64,000 nucleotides of DNA, taken from assembly GCA_009784275.1 (NCBI GenBank), contig WRCA01000004.1, positions 5,748-69,747 of the forward strand, written 5' to 3'. The translations under genes and the position numbers were made by a program. The stretch is from Alphaproteobacteria bacterium. Its GTDB lineage: Bacteria; Pseudomonadota; Alphaproteobacteria; Rs-D84. The number at the start of each line of letters is the position of its first letter. The stretch's first letter is position 1. This document shows, one piece after another, positions 47,859 to 57,679 of the stretch. A model generated the notes under the pieces. That model saw nothing but the letters and a program-made list of their open reading frames with translations, did no database searches and had not been told where the DNA came from.

Positions 47859-49004
47859 ATGCTACGTAGAAGCGAAGAGAGCAAGTTAACCAGTTGGTAT
47901 TTCGAGATGGACCGGCGCTTGTTCTGGTGCGTAATCGCGCTGATTTTTGTCGGTATGTGGGCGATGGTATCTGCGGGAAGCGTTGCCGCGGAAAGAATGA
48001 ATCCGCCGCAGCCTTGGCATTTTTTTCTGCTGAAAGCGATTCCGTTTTATATTATTGGTCTTATTACTTTGCTGGTATCATCGTTTTTAACAAAACGCCA
48101 AGTGCTGGCTGTCGCTTTTCTGAATGCGGCGATCTGCGGATTGCTTTTGATTGCGACCTTGGTGATGCCGGCCGCGGTCAAAGGTTCTGCGCGCTGGGTT
48201 AACTTGGGTTTTGCCAGCGTCATGCCCAGTGACTTATTAAAGCCAGGATTTATAATTTTAACGGCTTGGTTTCTAACGCGTATGGAAAAGCTGGCGCCAG
48301 GTGATATATTCTTTGCGAAAAGAGCATGGAAATGGGATGGCTGGCCGCTGTATATGGCATTCTTTCTGCCAGCATTGTTGATTATTCTGACTCATCCAGA
48401 CTTTGGGTCGTTCATTCTGTATTTGGTTGTGTTTGCCGCGATGATTTTCCTTGCGGGACTGCCGTTGTATTTCCTGCCTATTTTCGGTGGCGTTGCCGTT
48501 GGCGCGGGAATATTCGCGTTCTTTACAATGTCCCACGTCAGAATGCGAATATTGGGCTTTCTGGGAATGGCGGGCGGCGGTGATAATTACCAAATAAAAA
48601 AATCGGTAGAGGCAGTTCAGAATGGCGGCCTGTTCGGCAGCGGGGAAAGCAGCTTTATCAAACAGTCATTGCCGGACGCTCATACAGACTTTGTATTTTC
48701 CGCCATTGCGGAAGACTCTGGCGCTATTATAGCAAGCGTTCTGTTGCTGGGATTTTTATATGTCCTGAAGCGACTGGCGGCGGATGCAGTTGGCGCAAAG
48801 GATAAGTTTGTATTTTATGCTTGTGGCGGGTTATTTGCGCTGTTTGGCACCCAGGTATGCATCAATGTCATGTCTGCGCTGGGTTTGTTCCCCCCAAAAG
48901 GAATGACTTTGCCATTTGTTTCTTATGGTGGTTCGTCATTCGTAGCGTTTTGTTTAATGTTCGGTATGATTCTGGCATTGGTCAGAGAAGATAAATGGAA
49001 ATAA
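47859..49004 (+). CDS. ftsW: Peptidoglycan glycosyltransferase FtsW (SEDS family)
   Basis: About 10 TM helices. SEDS motifs (PSDLLKPGF, TDFVFSAIAED). 1-nt gap after mraY. Confidence 0.8.
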   Translation: MLRRSEESKLTSWYFEMDRRLFWCVIALIFVGMWAMVSAGSVAAERMNPPQPWHFFLLKAIPFYIIGLITLLVSSFLTKRQVLAVAFLNAAICGLLLIATLVMPAAVKGSARWVNLGFASVMPSDLLKPGFIILTAWFLTRMEKLAPGDIFFAKRAWKWDGWPLYMAFFLPALLIILTHPDFGSFILYLVVFAAMIFLAGLPLYFLPIFGGVAVGAGIFAFFTMSHVRMRILGFLGMAGGGDNYQIKKSVEAVQNGGLFGSGESSFIKQSLPDAHTDFVFSAIAEDSGAIIASVLLLGFLYVLKRLAADAVGAKDKFVFYACGGLFALFGTQVCINVMSALGLFPPKGMTLPFVSYGGSSFVAFCLMFGMILALVREDKWK

Positions 49005-50050
49005 AAATGAAAATATGGATAGCAACCGGCGGTACCGGCGGGCATATTTTTCCAGCGTTAAGCGTAGCCGAAGAATTGGTGCGGCGTCATCAGCGCGTCA
49101 TAATATCCAGCGATGGACGCATGATGGCACTTGTAAAAAAAGAAAAGCCAGCGCGGGCGGGCACGGCCTTTGTCTGGGCATCGGGTGTTGGCGCGAAAGA
49201 CAAAATACATCAAATGCTTGCGCTGATGAAAATAGGGCTGTCGGCAATTGCATTAAGTTTGCGCTTTATGATTTTCAGGCCGGATAGGGTGGTTGCATTC
49301 GGCGGATATGCCAGTGTGCCGGTGATTCTGGCGGCACGACTTTGGAAAATTCCAACCTTGTTGCATGAACAAAATGCGGCCATTGGGCGTGCCAATAAGT
49401 TTGCCTTGCGTTGGGTTGATGTTTTGATGGCCAGTTTCCCGACAATAAAAGATTTGCCAAAGACAAAAGCGAAGGTTGTTTATACTGGCCTGCCTGTTCG
49501 CAAGGAATTTTTATCAGTCGGACCACAAACAAAAAACAGCGATCAACGACTGTTGATTACCGGCGGGTCGCTGGGCGCGGCGATTTTGGACGAAGTGGTG
49601 CCAGCGGCAATTGTCGCGTTAAAGAAAAGGCCTTTTGTCGTTCATCAAACGCGTCCTGAAAATGTGGCGCGACTGCAAAGGTTTTATGCCAGCAATGGGA
49701 TAAAGGCAAATGTTCTTTCGTTTATTCGCGATATGGCAAATGAAATTGCCGCGGCAGACCTGGTCATAGGACGTAGTGGCGCGTCTACAGTGGCAGAGTT
49801 GCAGACGGTGGGCAGGCCCGCGATTCTTGTGCCATTGTCCATAAATCCGGATCAGGCAGCGAATGCCGAAAGCTTTGCTGCAACTGGCGGAGGCATCGCA
49901 ATTGCGCAAAGCAAGTTTACGGCAAAATGGTTAACTGCTATATTAGATGAGCTTTTCAGCAATCCCGCGCGTCTGAAAAAGATGGCGGGAAAAGCCAAAA
50001 TCTCGAACGATGCTGTTACGAAAATCGTCGAAGAAGTTCTGAAAAAGTAA
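48995..50050 (+). CDS. murG: UDP-GlcNAc:lipid I GlcNAc transferase MurG
   Basis: N-terminal GGTGGHIFPAL. GT28 C-terminal domain. Overlaps the ftsW end; an alternative ATG lies at 49007. Confidence 0.85.
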   Translation: MEIKMKIWIATGGTGGHIFPALSVAEELVRRHQRVIISSDGRMMALVKKEKPARAGTAFVWASGVGAKDKIHQMLALMKIGLSAIALSLRFMIFRPDRVVAFGGYASVPVILAARLWKIPTLLHEQNAAIGRANKFALRWVDVLMASFPTIKDLPKTKAKVVYTGLPVRKEFLSVGPQTKNSDQRLLITGGSLGAAILDEVVPAAIVALKKRPFVVHQTRPENVARLQRFYASNGIKANVLSFIRDMANEIAAADLVIGRSGASTVAELQTVGRPAILVPLSINPDQAANAESFAATGGGIAIAQSKFTAKWLTAILDELFSNPARLKKMAGKAKISNDAVTKIVEEVLKK

Positions 50051-50085
50051 ATCGTCTTTCCGGCTGAATTTTTTCCTTGCAAATT

Positions 50086-50134
50086 AATTTATTATAAGTA
50101 ATAATCATTATAAATTATAATAATTTATTATAAG
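50086..50134. promoter_or_regulatory. AT-rich operator-like region with a 13-nt direct repeat AATTTATTATAAG (x2) and TTATAA palindromes upstream of marR
   Basis: Copies at 50086-50098 and 50122-50134, seen in the sequence. Confidence 0.35.
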
Positions 50135-50142
50135 GTTTAAAA

Positions 50143-50580
50143 GTGCCAAAAAAAGAATTTGTAAGACTTATCGAAATGAATATGCGGGCGGTGGATAGAA
50201 TGTCGGATAGGCTAAAGGCCCCCACGGATCTTATCGGATATTCGCGTCAGCAGATTCAGTTGATCGTCCGACTGCATGTATCGGGGCGTTCGAAATTAAA
50301 GGATGTCGCGCGGCGCGAGATGACACCCGCGTCAAATTTATGCGCTGTTTTCAAAAGGCTTGAAAATGATGGAATGATTCTCCGCGAAATCGATAAATCG
50401 GATCGTCGCGATGTTTGGTATTCCGTAAGTGCCAAGGGTGCGAAACTGGCCGAACAAGCAATAGATCTGCTGCGCGAACGTGTTGCGGAATTTTTTTCCG
50501 GAATCAGCCGGGAAGATGAAATCAGGCTTACCGCGGCCCTTAAAACAATAAACGAACTGCTTAATAAAATGGAAGAATAA
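50143..50580 (+). CDS. MarR-family transcriptional regulator (GTG start)
   Basis: Winged-HTH pattern (QIQLIVRLHVSGRSKLKDVARREMTPASNLCAVFKRLENDGMI). First gene of the efflux operon. Confidence 0.65.
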   Translation: MPKKEFVRLIEMNMRAVDRMSDRLKAPTDLIGYSRQQIQLIVRLHVSGRSKLKDVARREMTPASNLCAVFKRLENDGMILREIDKSDRRDVWYSVSAKGAKLAEQAIDLLRERVAEFFSGISREDEIRLTAALKTINELLNKMEE

Positions 50581-50581
50581 A

Positions 50582-51892
50582 ATGAAGAAATTACTTGCGT
50601 CTATATTGGCGGGTGTGTTGATGTTGTCTGGCGCGCACGCGCGCGATTTATCTTTTGAACGTGCTGTCGAAATGGTTATGGCAGAATCGAATGATCTGAA
50701 AAAGGCTGATGCGAATCTGAAAAAAGCCGAGGCTTCATTGGATGCCGCAAATGCGAACCGTTGGTTCAAGGTCGAAGGTAATGCGACTTATATGAATCTG
50801 GTTAATGTCAGAAAACCTTTCAGTTCCGAAGGGGTAGATTTACCGCCAGAACTGGGTGGCTTGATTGCCCAAATGACAGGGGCCAGTCAGCATGTTTCTA
50901 TCCCGGATAATATCTTTATGGCGGGTGCGACCATTACTCAGCCGATTTATACTTTTGGAAAGATAGGAAACGCTGTGGATTCAGTACGCAGTGCGATAAA
51001 AATGTCAGAAAGCGGGAAAGAGCTGGCACGGCGCGAAGTTCGATATGCTGCTGCGCAATTGTATTGGACTGCGAAGATGACGGACGGACTGGTTGAAATT
51101 GCGGAAAAATCTTTAAGCGATGCCATTACTGCGCGAAAAAAACTGACTGCCGCGGGACGCGCATCGCGTGCGAACCTTGTAAAGATAGAAGCCGATGTCG
51201 CAGCAAAAGAAATCAATCTTTCGGATGCAAAATTCAACCGTGATGCAGCGCATCGGATGTTGAAGATCATGGCCGGGATTTATGTCGGGGAAGAAATGAA
51301 TTTAACGACCGATTTCCCAAACAGCTTCGTTCATCTGAATGCCGGGGAAATAGATTCTCCCGAATGGGACATGCTGGGCGAGCAAATCAAGATGAATGAA
51401 GCCTTGGCGTCCAGCAAACGCGCCGGTAATTATCCGACCCTGGCGGCAATGGCGTCTTATAATTATGTCGCGATGCATACTGATTATGAACTGTGGCAAG
51501 GCAACAAGGCACAGAATGCTTATTGGGGATTGGCATTAAGCGTGCCTATTTTCGATGGCGGATTGAATCGCGCAAATGCTACAATTGCTGCGCAGGATGC
51601 AGAAGCCGCGCGTCAGGACTTGGACAAGTCTAAAAAAATAAAATCCGAAGAATACAACACTGCGGTTCATAAATATGACCATCTGCGCGGGAATCTGTCA
51701 GCGCTGAATAACGCGCGAGATCTGGCAGAGAAAGCGTATGGATACTCGCGCGATAGATTTGCCGCAGGTCAGACCAGCGCGGTTGAACTATCTGATGTAT
51801 CTGCCGCTTTGGCGCAAATGGATATCGCAGTTCTGAATGCAAAATACAACCTGCTGATGGCAGGCGAACAAGTTAAAAGATTAACGAGATAA
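50582..51892 (+). CDS. TolC-family outer-membrane efflux protein
   Basis: Signal peptide. Two repeated coiled-coil/beta-barrel halves. Length 436 aa. 1-nt gap after marR. Confidence 0.7.
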   Translation: MKKLLASILAGVLMLSGAHARDLSFERAVEMVMAESNDLKKADANLKKAEASLDAANANRWFKVEGNATYMNLVNVRKPFSSEGVDLPPELGGLIAQMTGASQHVSIPDNIFMAGATITQPIYTFGKIGNAVDSVRSAIKMSESGKELARREVRYAAAQLYWTAKMTDGLVEIAEKSLSDAITARKKLTAAGRASRANLVKIEADVAAKEINLSDAKFNRDAAHRMLKIMAGIYVGEEMNLTTDFPNSFVHLNAGEIDSPEWDMLGEQIKMNEALASSKRAGNYPTLAAMASYNYVAMHTDYELWQGNKAQNAYWGLALSVPIFDGGLNRANATIAAQDAEAARQDLDKSKKIKSEEYNTAVHKYDHLRGNLSALNNARDLAEKAYGYSRDRFAAGQTSAVELSDVSAALAQMDIAVLNAKYNLLMAGEQVKRLTR

Positions 51893-51893
51893 T

Positions 51894-52448
51894 ATGAAAA
51901 AATATATTTATATCTTATTGTCGATTATTATCGCGGCCTGGGTAGGATACCGGGTTTACGCGATTTATTCGGAAAGTCAGCGCGAAGTTTTTAATGCCGC
52001 GCGGGTTTCGGAAAAGACCGTCGAAACAATGGTCGCGCATGAAGAAATGGGCGTGCTGAAAGAACCGTTGTTTATAAAAGACAATCGCGCTTTTGTATCT
52101 CATTCTCGCATTCGTAAGTTTGGCGTTGGTCAGCGCATTGGCGCGGGACATATAATTTCTGTATCCAGCAAATTAGATTTGGATACTGGGATGTATCTGA
52201 TAAAAACAGCAAATGTCGAAGATGGGGAGCAATTTGCAGAAGCAAAATATACCGGCTTCTTTATCCCGATTTATGCAGTCACAGATAGCACGGTTATGGT
52301 TTTGGAAAACGGGATTGTTGCTCTACGTGAAGTGAAAATAATGAATCAAGATGCCGAATGGATATTGGTCTCTCATGGTCTGAATGATGGCGATATTGTG
52401 GTTCTGTCCAAGGTAGAAGCCGGAACAAGGGTGCAAAGCAATGATTAA
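51894..52448 (+). CDS. Minimal periplasmic adaptor (membrane-fusion-like) protein, 184 aa
   Basis: N-terminal TM anchor. Beta-rich C-terminal part resembling the beta-barrel/MP domain of HlyD/AcrA-family adaptors. Lacks the long alpha-hairpin. Overlaps the RND gene start. Confidence 0.45.
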   Translation: MKKYIYILLSIIIAAWVGYRVYAIYSESQREVFNAARVSEKTVETMVAHEEMGVLKEPLFIKDNRAFVSHSRIRKFGVGQRIGAGHIISVSSKLDLDTGMYLIKTANVEDGEQFAEAKYTGFFIPIYAVTDSTVMVLENGIVALREVKIMNQDAEWILVSHGLNDGDIVVLSKVEAGTRVQSND

Positions 52449-55400
52449 ATTTTTCGTCCGGAATCCGGTTACTACAATTATGTTTGTTTTGCTGTGGGTT
52501 GCACTTGGGATTGTTGCGTACCCCAGAATGAATGTGGAATCGCGTCCTGCGATTGACTTTCCCATGGTAACGGCCAGCTTTGTATATCCGGGCGCATCGC
52601 CGGACGAAGTTGAATCCCAGGTTATCAAGAGAACAGAGGACGCAATGTCCGAAGTTGCTGGTGTTAAAAAGATTACTTCCCGGGCATTTGAAAACGGCGG
52701 TTTTGTAATGGCTGAATTTAACCTGGGCGTGAATGTTAATGACAAAGCGGGGGAGGTCAAAGCAAAGCTGGATTCTATCGTGGGCGAATATCCGTCCGAA
52801 TTAAAAACTCCAGTGGTGGAAAAACTAAATCCCTTGCAGGAATCTGTTTTAGATATCGTACTGACCGGTGCGGATGTTCGTGATCTGGAGCAGTTTACCA
52901 CAGATGTTCTGTCACGCAAGATTACGGCGGTTTCTGGCGTCGCCAGCGTTTCGGTATATGGCGGGGACAAGCGCGCAATTCGGGTTTTTTTGGATCCTGA
53001 ATTAATGGCTGCGCGCGGCATAGCAATTAATGATGTTGTCGGTGCCTTGGCGGTGCATAACCTGAATGTTCCAGGGGGCAAGCTGGAATCAGGCGAAGAT
53101 TCGAATGTAGTGCGCTTTGTCGGTGAATTTACCAGCGTTAATGATATTGCAAATTTGCAGATGACAACATCCGAAGGCCAGGTTTTGCGCCTTCGTGACA
53201 TCGCCAAAGTGGAAGATTCCGTGCTGGATAAAAAGACAGGTGCGCGGCTGGATGGAAAGCCCGTGGTTATTGTTTCTGTTGTGAAGTCTTCGGATGGCAA
53301 CGCGATAAAAATATCCAAAGCATTGCATAAGCAAATGCCGGAATTGCAGCATACGATGGATGAATATTTTGCGGACAATGCCCAGGCAGCCCAGCCCAGC
53401 ATGCAAATCATATCGGACTCATCCACAGCAGTGCAGAAAGAAACAAGCGGCACGGTGTTTGACATAATACTGGGGCTTGTTCTGACGGTAATTACTCTGC
53501 TGGTGTTCACACGCAATTGGCGAACTACTGTAATTGCAGGGGTGATGATACCGGCGTCACTTGTTGCGGGATTCTTCTTTATGGATATGTCGGGCTTTAC
53601 GATAAATGCGATGACATTGCTGGCCATGGCAACTGCATTGGGGACGCTTATTACCGACGCGATAGTACTGATCGAATCTGCACTGGGGTTGATAGAGCAA
53701 GGATATGATCCGGAAGAAGCGGCAGTTTTGGGGACAAAGAAAGTCATGGTTCGAATCTTTGCAACGATTGCGACGCACGTAGTGGTGTTCTTGCCTTTGG
53801 CGTTTATGGGCGGAATCGCGGGGCAGTTTATGAAGCAGTTCGGACTTTCGGTTGTGTATCTGGTTCTGATTTCATCTATGTTCAGCTTTACTCTGACGCC
53901 GATGATGATCGCGAAAATTTTGAAAAAGAAAAAGGGAATAAAGAATAAGAAGAAAACCATCCCTGCCGCTAAAAACACTCTTTCATGGTTTAGGCCGTTT
54001 TATGATTGGCAGCTGAAACATCCTTGGCGTGCGGTCGGCGTTGCTGCATTAGTTCTGATTTTATCAATAATTCCTATGCGCTGGGTTGGGAATGAGTTTG
54101 CGCCGAATACCGATGTAAATGAAATTACCGTTACAGCCCGTAGTAGTTCCGGTGCGACGTTCCAAAAATCCGAAGCAGTCGCACAGGAAATCGAAAAGAG
54201 GCTGCAAGGTGTTGAAGGTATTGAATTCGTATCCATCAAAATCGGTGACCGTGGTACTCAAAATATAAAGGCAAAGGTCGGGCTGGTTCCGCGTACGACC
54301 CGTAAAATGTCTGACAAGCAAATTGCGAGAGAGATATTACCGCGTCTTTCAGAAATTCCAGGCGTAGAAATTCAAGTTCGCGCAGGTCCCGGAATGTCCG
54401 ATGCAATTTCCAGTGATATGGTTCTTAATATTGTTGGGGATGATGATGCAAAGCGGGAAGCCTATGCGGCGCAAGTTTTGGAAATACTGAATCAGATTCC
54501 GGAAATACAAAGCGCGGTTCTGGCTTCGCAAAAACCTGGCACTGAATTGAAGTTCATTCCAAATGATGAAAATATGAAATTCTGGGGCGTGAAAAATATG
54601 ACGGCTGGCGGGGCATTGCGTACCGCTTTATATGGCAATGACGATTACAAATACAAGGAAGGCGGCAATGAATATCCGATAGTGATGGAGCTGGCGCCCG
54701 CCTATAAAAACCACGCTATGTTCAACAGTATATTTGTTGGCACGCCAAAAGGACTGGTATCATTATCCGAGCTGGGCGATATAGAACAAGGTGCGGCCAG
54801 TCCGGACATTCGCCGTGTGGATAAAAACCGAATTACCGAAATAGATATTAATTTGGGTAAGTCTACCATCGTGCCTGTACAAAGAAAAATAGAAGGCAAG
54901 CTGTCCGAAATGAAATGGGATGCGGGATACAGCGCTTCGTTTGGCGGAATGTCAGAAATCCAAGACGAGTCCGCCGGAGAAATGACGAATGCGTTTTTGC
55001 TGGCGACTATACTCACCTTTATGGTCTTGGCGGCAATTATGAATTCCGTGGCGCATCCGTTTACGATTGTGACTGCGATCCTGACCAGTTTTTCCGGAGT
55101 GTTCATACTGCTGTTTTTAACTGGCGCGAGTATTAACATAGCTGCTATGCTTTCTGTGGTTATGTTAGTCGGATTAGCAGTAAGTACTAATATATTGATA
55201 CTAGAGCCAACCCTGGAAGATATGAATAGAGGCGTGCCGGCGAAAAAAGCCCTGTGGGAACAATTCGTTGATAAAAAGCGAATGCTGGTAATGGCAACGG
55301 TCGCAGTTGTGGCGGGATTAATACCGCAATTGTGGAGTCCTGACGGAGTAAAAGTTTCAATGGGCGCGGTAATTATCGGCGGAATTCTGGCGTCGTTATT

Positions 55401-55464
55401 CTGGACATTCTTCCTGACCCCTGCAGTGTTTACTTTGATGGAGAGATTAAGGAGAAAGAAATAG
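52441..55464 (+). CDS. RND-family efflux transporter (AcrB/HAE1-like)
   Basis: Length 1007 aa. 12-TM topology with two large periplasmic loops. Typical AcrB motifs (FFVRNPVTTIMF, GLSVVY). Confidence 0.85.
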   Translation: MIKFFVRNPVTTIMFVLLWVALGIVAYPRMNVESRPAIDFPMVTASFVYPGASPDEVESQVIKRTEDAMSEVAGVKKITSRAFENGGFVMAEFNLGVNVNDKAGEVKAKLDSIVGEYPSELKTPVVEKLNPLQESVLDIVLTGADVRDLEQFTTDVLSRKITAVSGVASVSVYGGDKRAIRVFLDPELMAARGIAINDVVGALAVHNLNVPGGKLESGEDSNVVRFVGEFTSVNDIANLQMTTSEGQVLRLRDIAKVEDSVLDKKTGARLDGKPVVIVSVVKSSDGNAIKISKALHKQMPELQHTMDEYFADNAQAAQPSMQIISDSSTAVQKETSGTVFDIILGLVLTVITLLVFTRNWRTTVIAGVMIPASLVAGFFFMDMSGFTINAMTLLAMATALGTLITDAIVLIESALGLIEQGYDPEEAAVLGTKKVMVRIFATIATHVVVFLPLAFMGGIAGQFMKQFGLSVVYLVLISSMFSFTLTPMMIAKILKKKKGIKNKKKTIPAAKNTLSWFRPFYDWQLKHPWRAVGVAALVLILSIIPMRWVGNEFAPNTDVNEITVTARSSSGATFQKSEAVAQEIEKRLQGVEGIEFVSIKIGDRGTQNIKAKVGLVPRTTRKMSDKQIAREILPRLSEIPGVEIQVRAGPGMSDAISSDMVLNIVGDDDAKREAYAAQVLEILNQIPEIQSAVLASQKPGTELKFIPNDENMKFWGVKNMTAGGALRTALYGNDDYKYKEGGNEYPIVMELAPAYKNHAMFNSIFVGTPKGLVSLSELGDIEQGAASPDIRRVDKNRITEIDINLGKSTIVPVQRKIEGKLSEMKWDAGYSASFGGMSEIQDESAGEMTNAFLLATILTFMVLAAIMNSVAHPFTIVTAILTSFSGVFILLFLTGASINIAAMLSVVMLVGLAVSTNILILEPTLEDMNRGVPAKKALWEQFVDKKRMLVMATVAVVAGLIPQLWSPDGVKVSMGAVIIGGILASLFWTFFLTPAVFTLMERLRRKK

Positions 55465-56084
55465 TGAAGAAGCAAAACGTAGTGCTGTTCGATTTCGACG
55501 GAACGCTGAGCGCGGGCGATGCAAATCGAGGCTTTATGATGTATTGCTTTCTACATTCATTTCGTCCTTGGTTATTTTTACCGGTATCATTGTGCGGTTT
55601 ATTAGTATTCTTGTTATTTCGGAGTAAAAAATGCGCCAGCGGGGGATTGTTATGGCGGCAATTACTGCGCCGGTTTATAAGCGCGGATTTGGTGGTTCGT
55701 CTTGCGCCGGCTTTTATCAAACGACATAAAAAATTGCGCTTTGGATGGGCTAAAGATCGAATAGCCAAGGAGCGCGCAGATGGAAATATTGTATTATGCG
55801 TATCTGCGGGGCCAGAGTACTTATTAAAACCTTTGGTATCAGATTTAGGATTTGATGATGTATTATGCTCTGTTATGGGAAAAGCACATCCGTGGAAATA
55901 CGAATTTTTATGCACTGGGAAAAACAAGGTAGTTGCGGTTAATGAATGGGCAAAGCGTCAGAAAATCACTCCTGTCGTAATTCGCGTTTATGGCGATTCA
56001 TGCGGAGATTTAGAAATGATGAAACTTGCGAAAGAGCAGGTGTGGATAAACTCCAGAACAGGAAAACGTATAGAGGCAAAATAA
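55464..56084 (+). CDS. HAD-superfamily hydrolase (GTG start overlapping the RND stop)
   Basis: Motif I FDFDGTLS near the N-terminus. Motif IV GDSCGDLEM. Confidence 0.55.
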   Translation: MKKQNVVLFDFDGTLSAGDANRGFMMYCFLHSFRPWLFLPVSLCGLLVFLLFRSKKCASGGLLWRQLLRRFISADLVVRLAPAFIKRHKKLRFGWAKDRIAKERADGNIVLCVSAGPEYLLKPLVSDLGFDDVLCSVMGKAHPWKYEFLCTGKNKVVAVNEWAKRQKITPVVIRVYGDSCGDLEMMKLAKEQVWINSRTGKRIEAK

Positions 56085-56096
56085 GCCATGCCTTGG

Positions 56097-56140
56097 TTCC
56101 CCTCCTGTGGAGGGGTGGCGCGAAGCGCCGGGGTGGTTTG
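56097..56140. terminator. Tandem hairpins (cccctcctgtggagggg; ggcgcgaagcgcc). Terminator and hairpin-family member.
   Basis: Seen in the sequence. Between the convergent HAD gene and the DUF115-like gene. Confidence 0.5.
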
Positions 56141-56145
56141 TTTAA

Positions 56146-56758
56146 TCACAATTCTATATCAGAAAACATTCCTTTTAAGCCTATGGGGTTTATAGAAATA
56201 ATTTTTGTATTTGGGTAATTTTTACAAGCAAATTCTTTGAATGCATTCCATCCTGTTTTTATTTTATGCACAGAGGCATTAAGAACATCAGGAGATTTGT
56301 TTTCAATTTTTGAGTACCCCACATCAGCACAATCACAACCAACGAGATATATCCGTTTTGGATTTGTCCAAAGAGCAAAAGTCAAAGCTGGGAATGCAAT
56401 ACTGTGCCACCTTGGCATTGGCTGTTCATCTGGGTCTAATGGAAAATCTGTATTAATACCATTAACAATGTAATTATAAGCTTTTGCGGCATCCCGTAAA
56501 TTGTCAGGAATGGCACTTTCGGGATAAATATGGGATATATCGCCCATAAATTTTATACATTTGTTGTCATAGTTAATGAATTCTTTAAAGATAATCAAAC
56601 TTGACTTTATTATATTTTACAGCACCATTTACACCAATATAAACAGCATCTTTCATTGGGGTAAATTTATCCAAACTTGGTCCCGTGGCAATTAAAATAA
56701 TATCCTGCCCTTTATGATGATTGCGAAATTGCGAAAATATTGCAGTAGACTTTGGCAT
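56146..56758 (-). pseudogene. DUF115/MptE-like (Maf/GT42-fold) gene split into a 57-aa ORF and a 150-aa ORF by a +1 frameshift
   Basis: Upstream ORF 56585-56758 (MPKS...DIILIATGPSLDKF...KFDYL*). Downstream ORF 56146-56598 in the +1 frame, with a TTG as its first codon and the motif RIYLVGCDCAD. The two overlap by 14 nt. Confidence 0.45.
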
Positions 56759-56771
56759 AGAATTCTCTCCA

Positions 56772-57647
56772 TTATTCGCCGAACTCCAATTCTTTTAATT
56801 TCTCTGCGCGTGGTGTGATTTTTCGAATGGATGTTTGCAACTCTTCCAAGTCAGTTGTCGTTGCGCGAAAATGTGAATCAAGTTTTGTTGCGCGGTCGCC
56901 AAGGCGTGACAAGTCCATCAGCAACATATCTAATTCTTTTTTAATTTGTCCTGCGACACGTTTGATTTTTATATCAGACAGAACAGCGCGGATAGTATTT
57001 AATGTTGCCCACAATGTTGCAGGTGAAACCAAGAAAACTTTTTTCCGCGCTGCGTAATCGATAATATTCGGAAACTCGCGATGCAAGGTTTCAAAAATAG
57101 ATTCCGATGCGATAAACATCATCGCGCTTTCGGCTGTTTTTCCCGGAATTATATATTTCGATGCGATGGAATCTATATGAGTGCGGACGGAAAGTTCAAA
57201 AATCTTCCTGTTTCCGTCGTCTGGTGATTCAGTGTATTTCGCATATCCTTCCAAGGGAAACTTGCTGTCTATAATCATATCCCCGGGTGGGTACGGCAGG
57301 CGAATTATGCAATCCGGGCGAACTCCATTTTCCAAAGTTGTTTGAAAAGCATAAGTTTCCGGTGGCATTACATCCGCAACCAGGTCTTCCAGTTGACGCT
57401 CCCCGAAACTGCCGCGCGCTTGTTTTGACCCCATCAGTATATTTTTAAAGTTCGCTATATCCCCGCTGATTGCTTTTAATTCTGCCGCATTTTGCGCCAA
57501 TGCGCCCAGGCGTTCTGCCAAACGTTCCCGCAGCCTAGTGTTATCTTCGCGCAGGCCGGATAAATCAACGGATTGTTTTCGCGTCAGCAGGACAAACTGC
57601 AAGGCTATTATTAATACGATTCCGGCAATGATTAAAATAGTTGTCAT
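56772..57647 (-). CDS. rmuC: DNA recombination protein RmuC (short form)
   Basis: N-terminal TM helix plus coiled coil. RmuC nuclease-like C-terminal domain (FVADVMPPETYAFQTTL...DCIIRLP). Confidence 0.65.
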   Translation of the reverse strand: MTTILIIAGIVLIIALQFVLLTRKQSVDLSGLREDNTRLRERLAERLGALAQNAAELKAISGDIANFKNILMGSKQARGSFGERQLEDLVADVMPPETYAFQTTLENGVRPDCIIRLPYPPGDMIIDSKFPLEGYAKYTESPDDGNRKIFELSVRTHIDSIASKYIIPGKTAESAMMFIASESIFETLHREFPNIIDYAARKKVFLVSPATLWATLNTIRAVLSDIKIKRVAGQIKKELDMLLMDLSRLGDRATKLDSHFRATTTDLEELQTSIRKITPRAEKLKELEFGE

Positions 57648-57679
57648 TTGAATTTCCTTTGTTATGATTATAGTCAGCT

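Noticed and set aside
52323-53978. 551-aa ORF on the minus strand
   Set aside because: It is entirely antisense to the well-supported RND transporter gene. It has low-complexity S/T/I-rich composition typical of antisense frames and no start context.
54702-55475. 257-aa minus-strand ORF
   Set aside because: Antisense to the RND transporter 3' region. No independent support.
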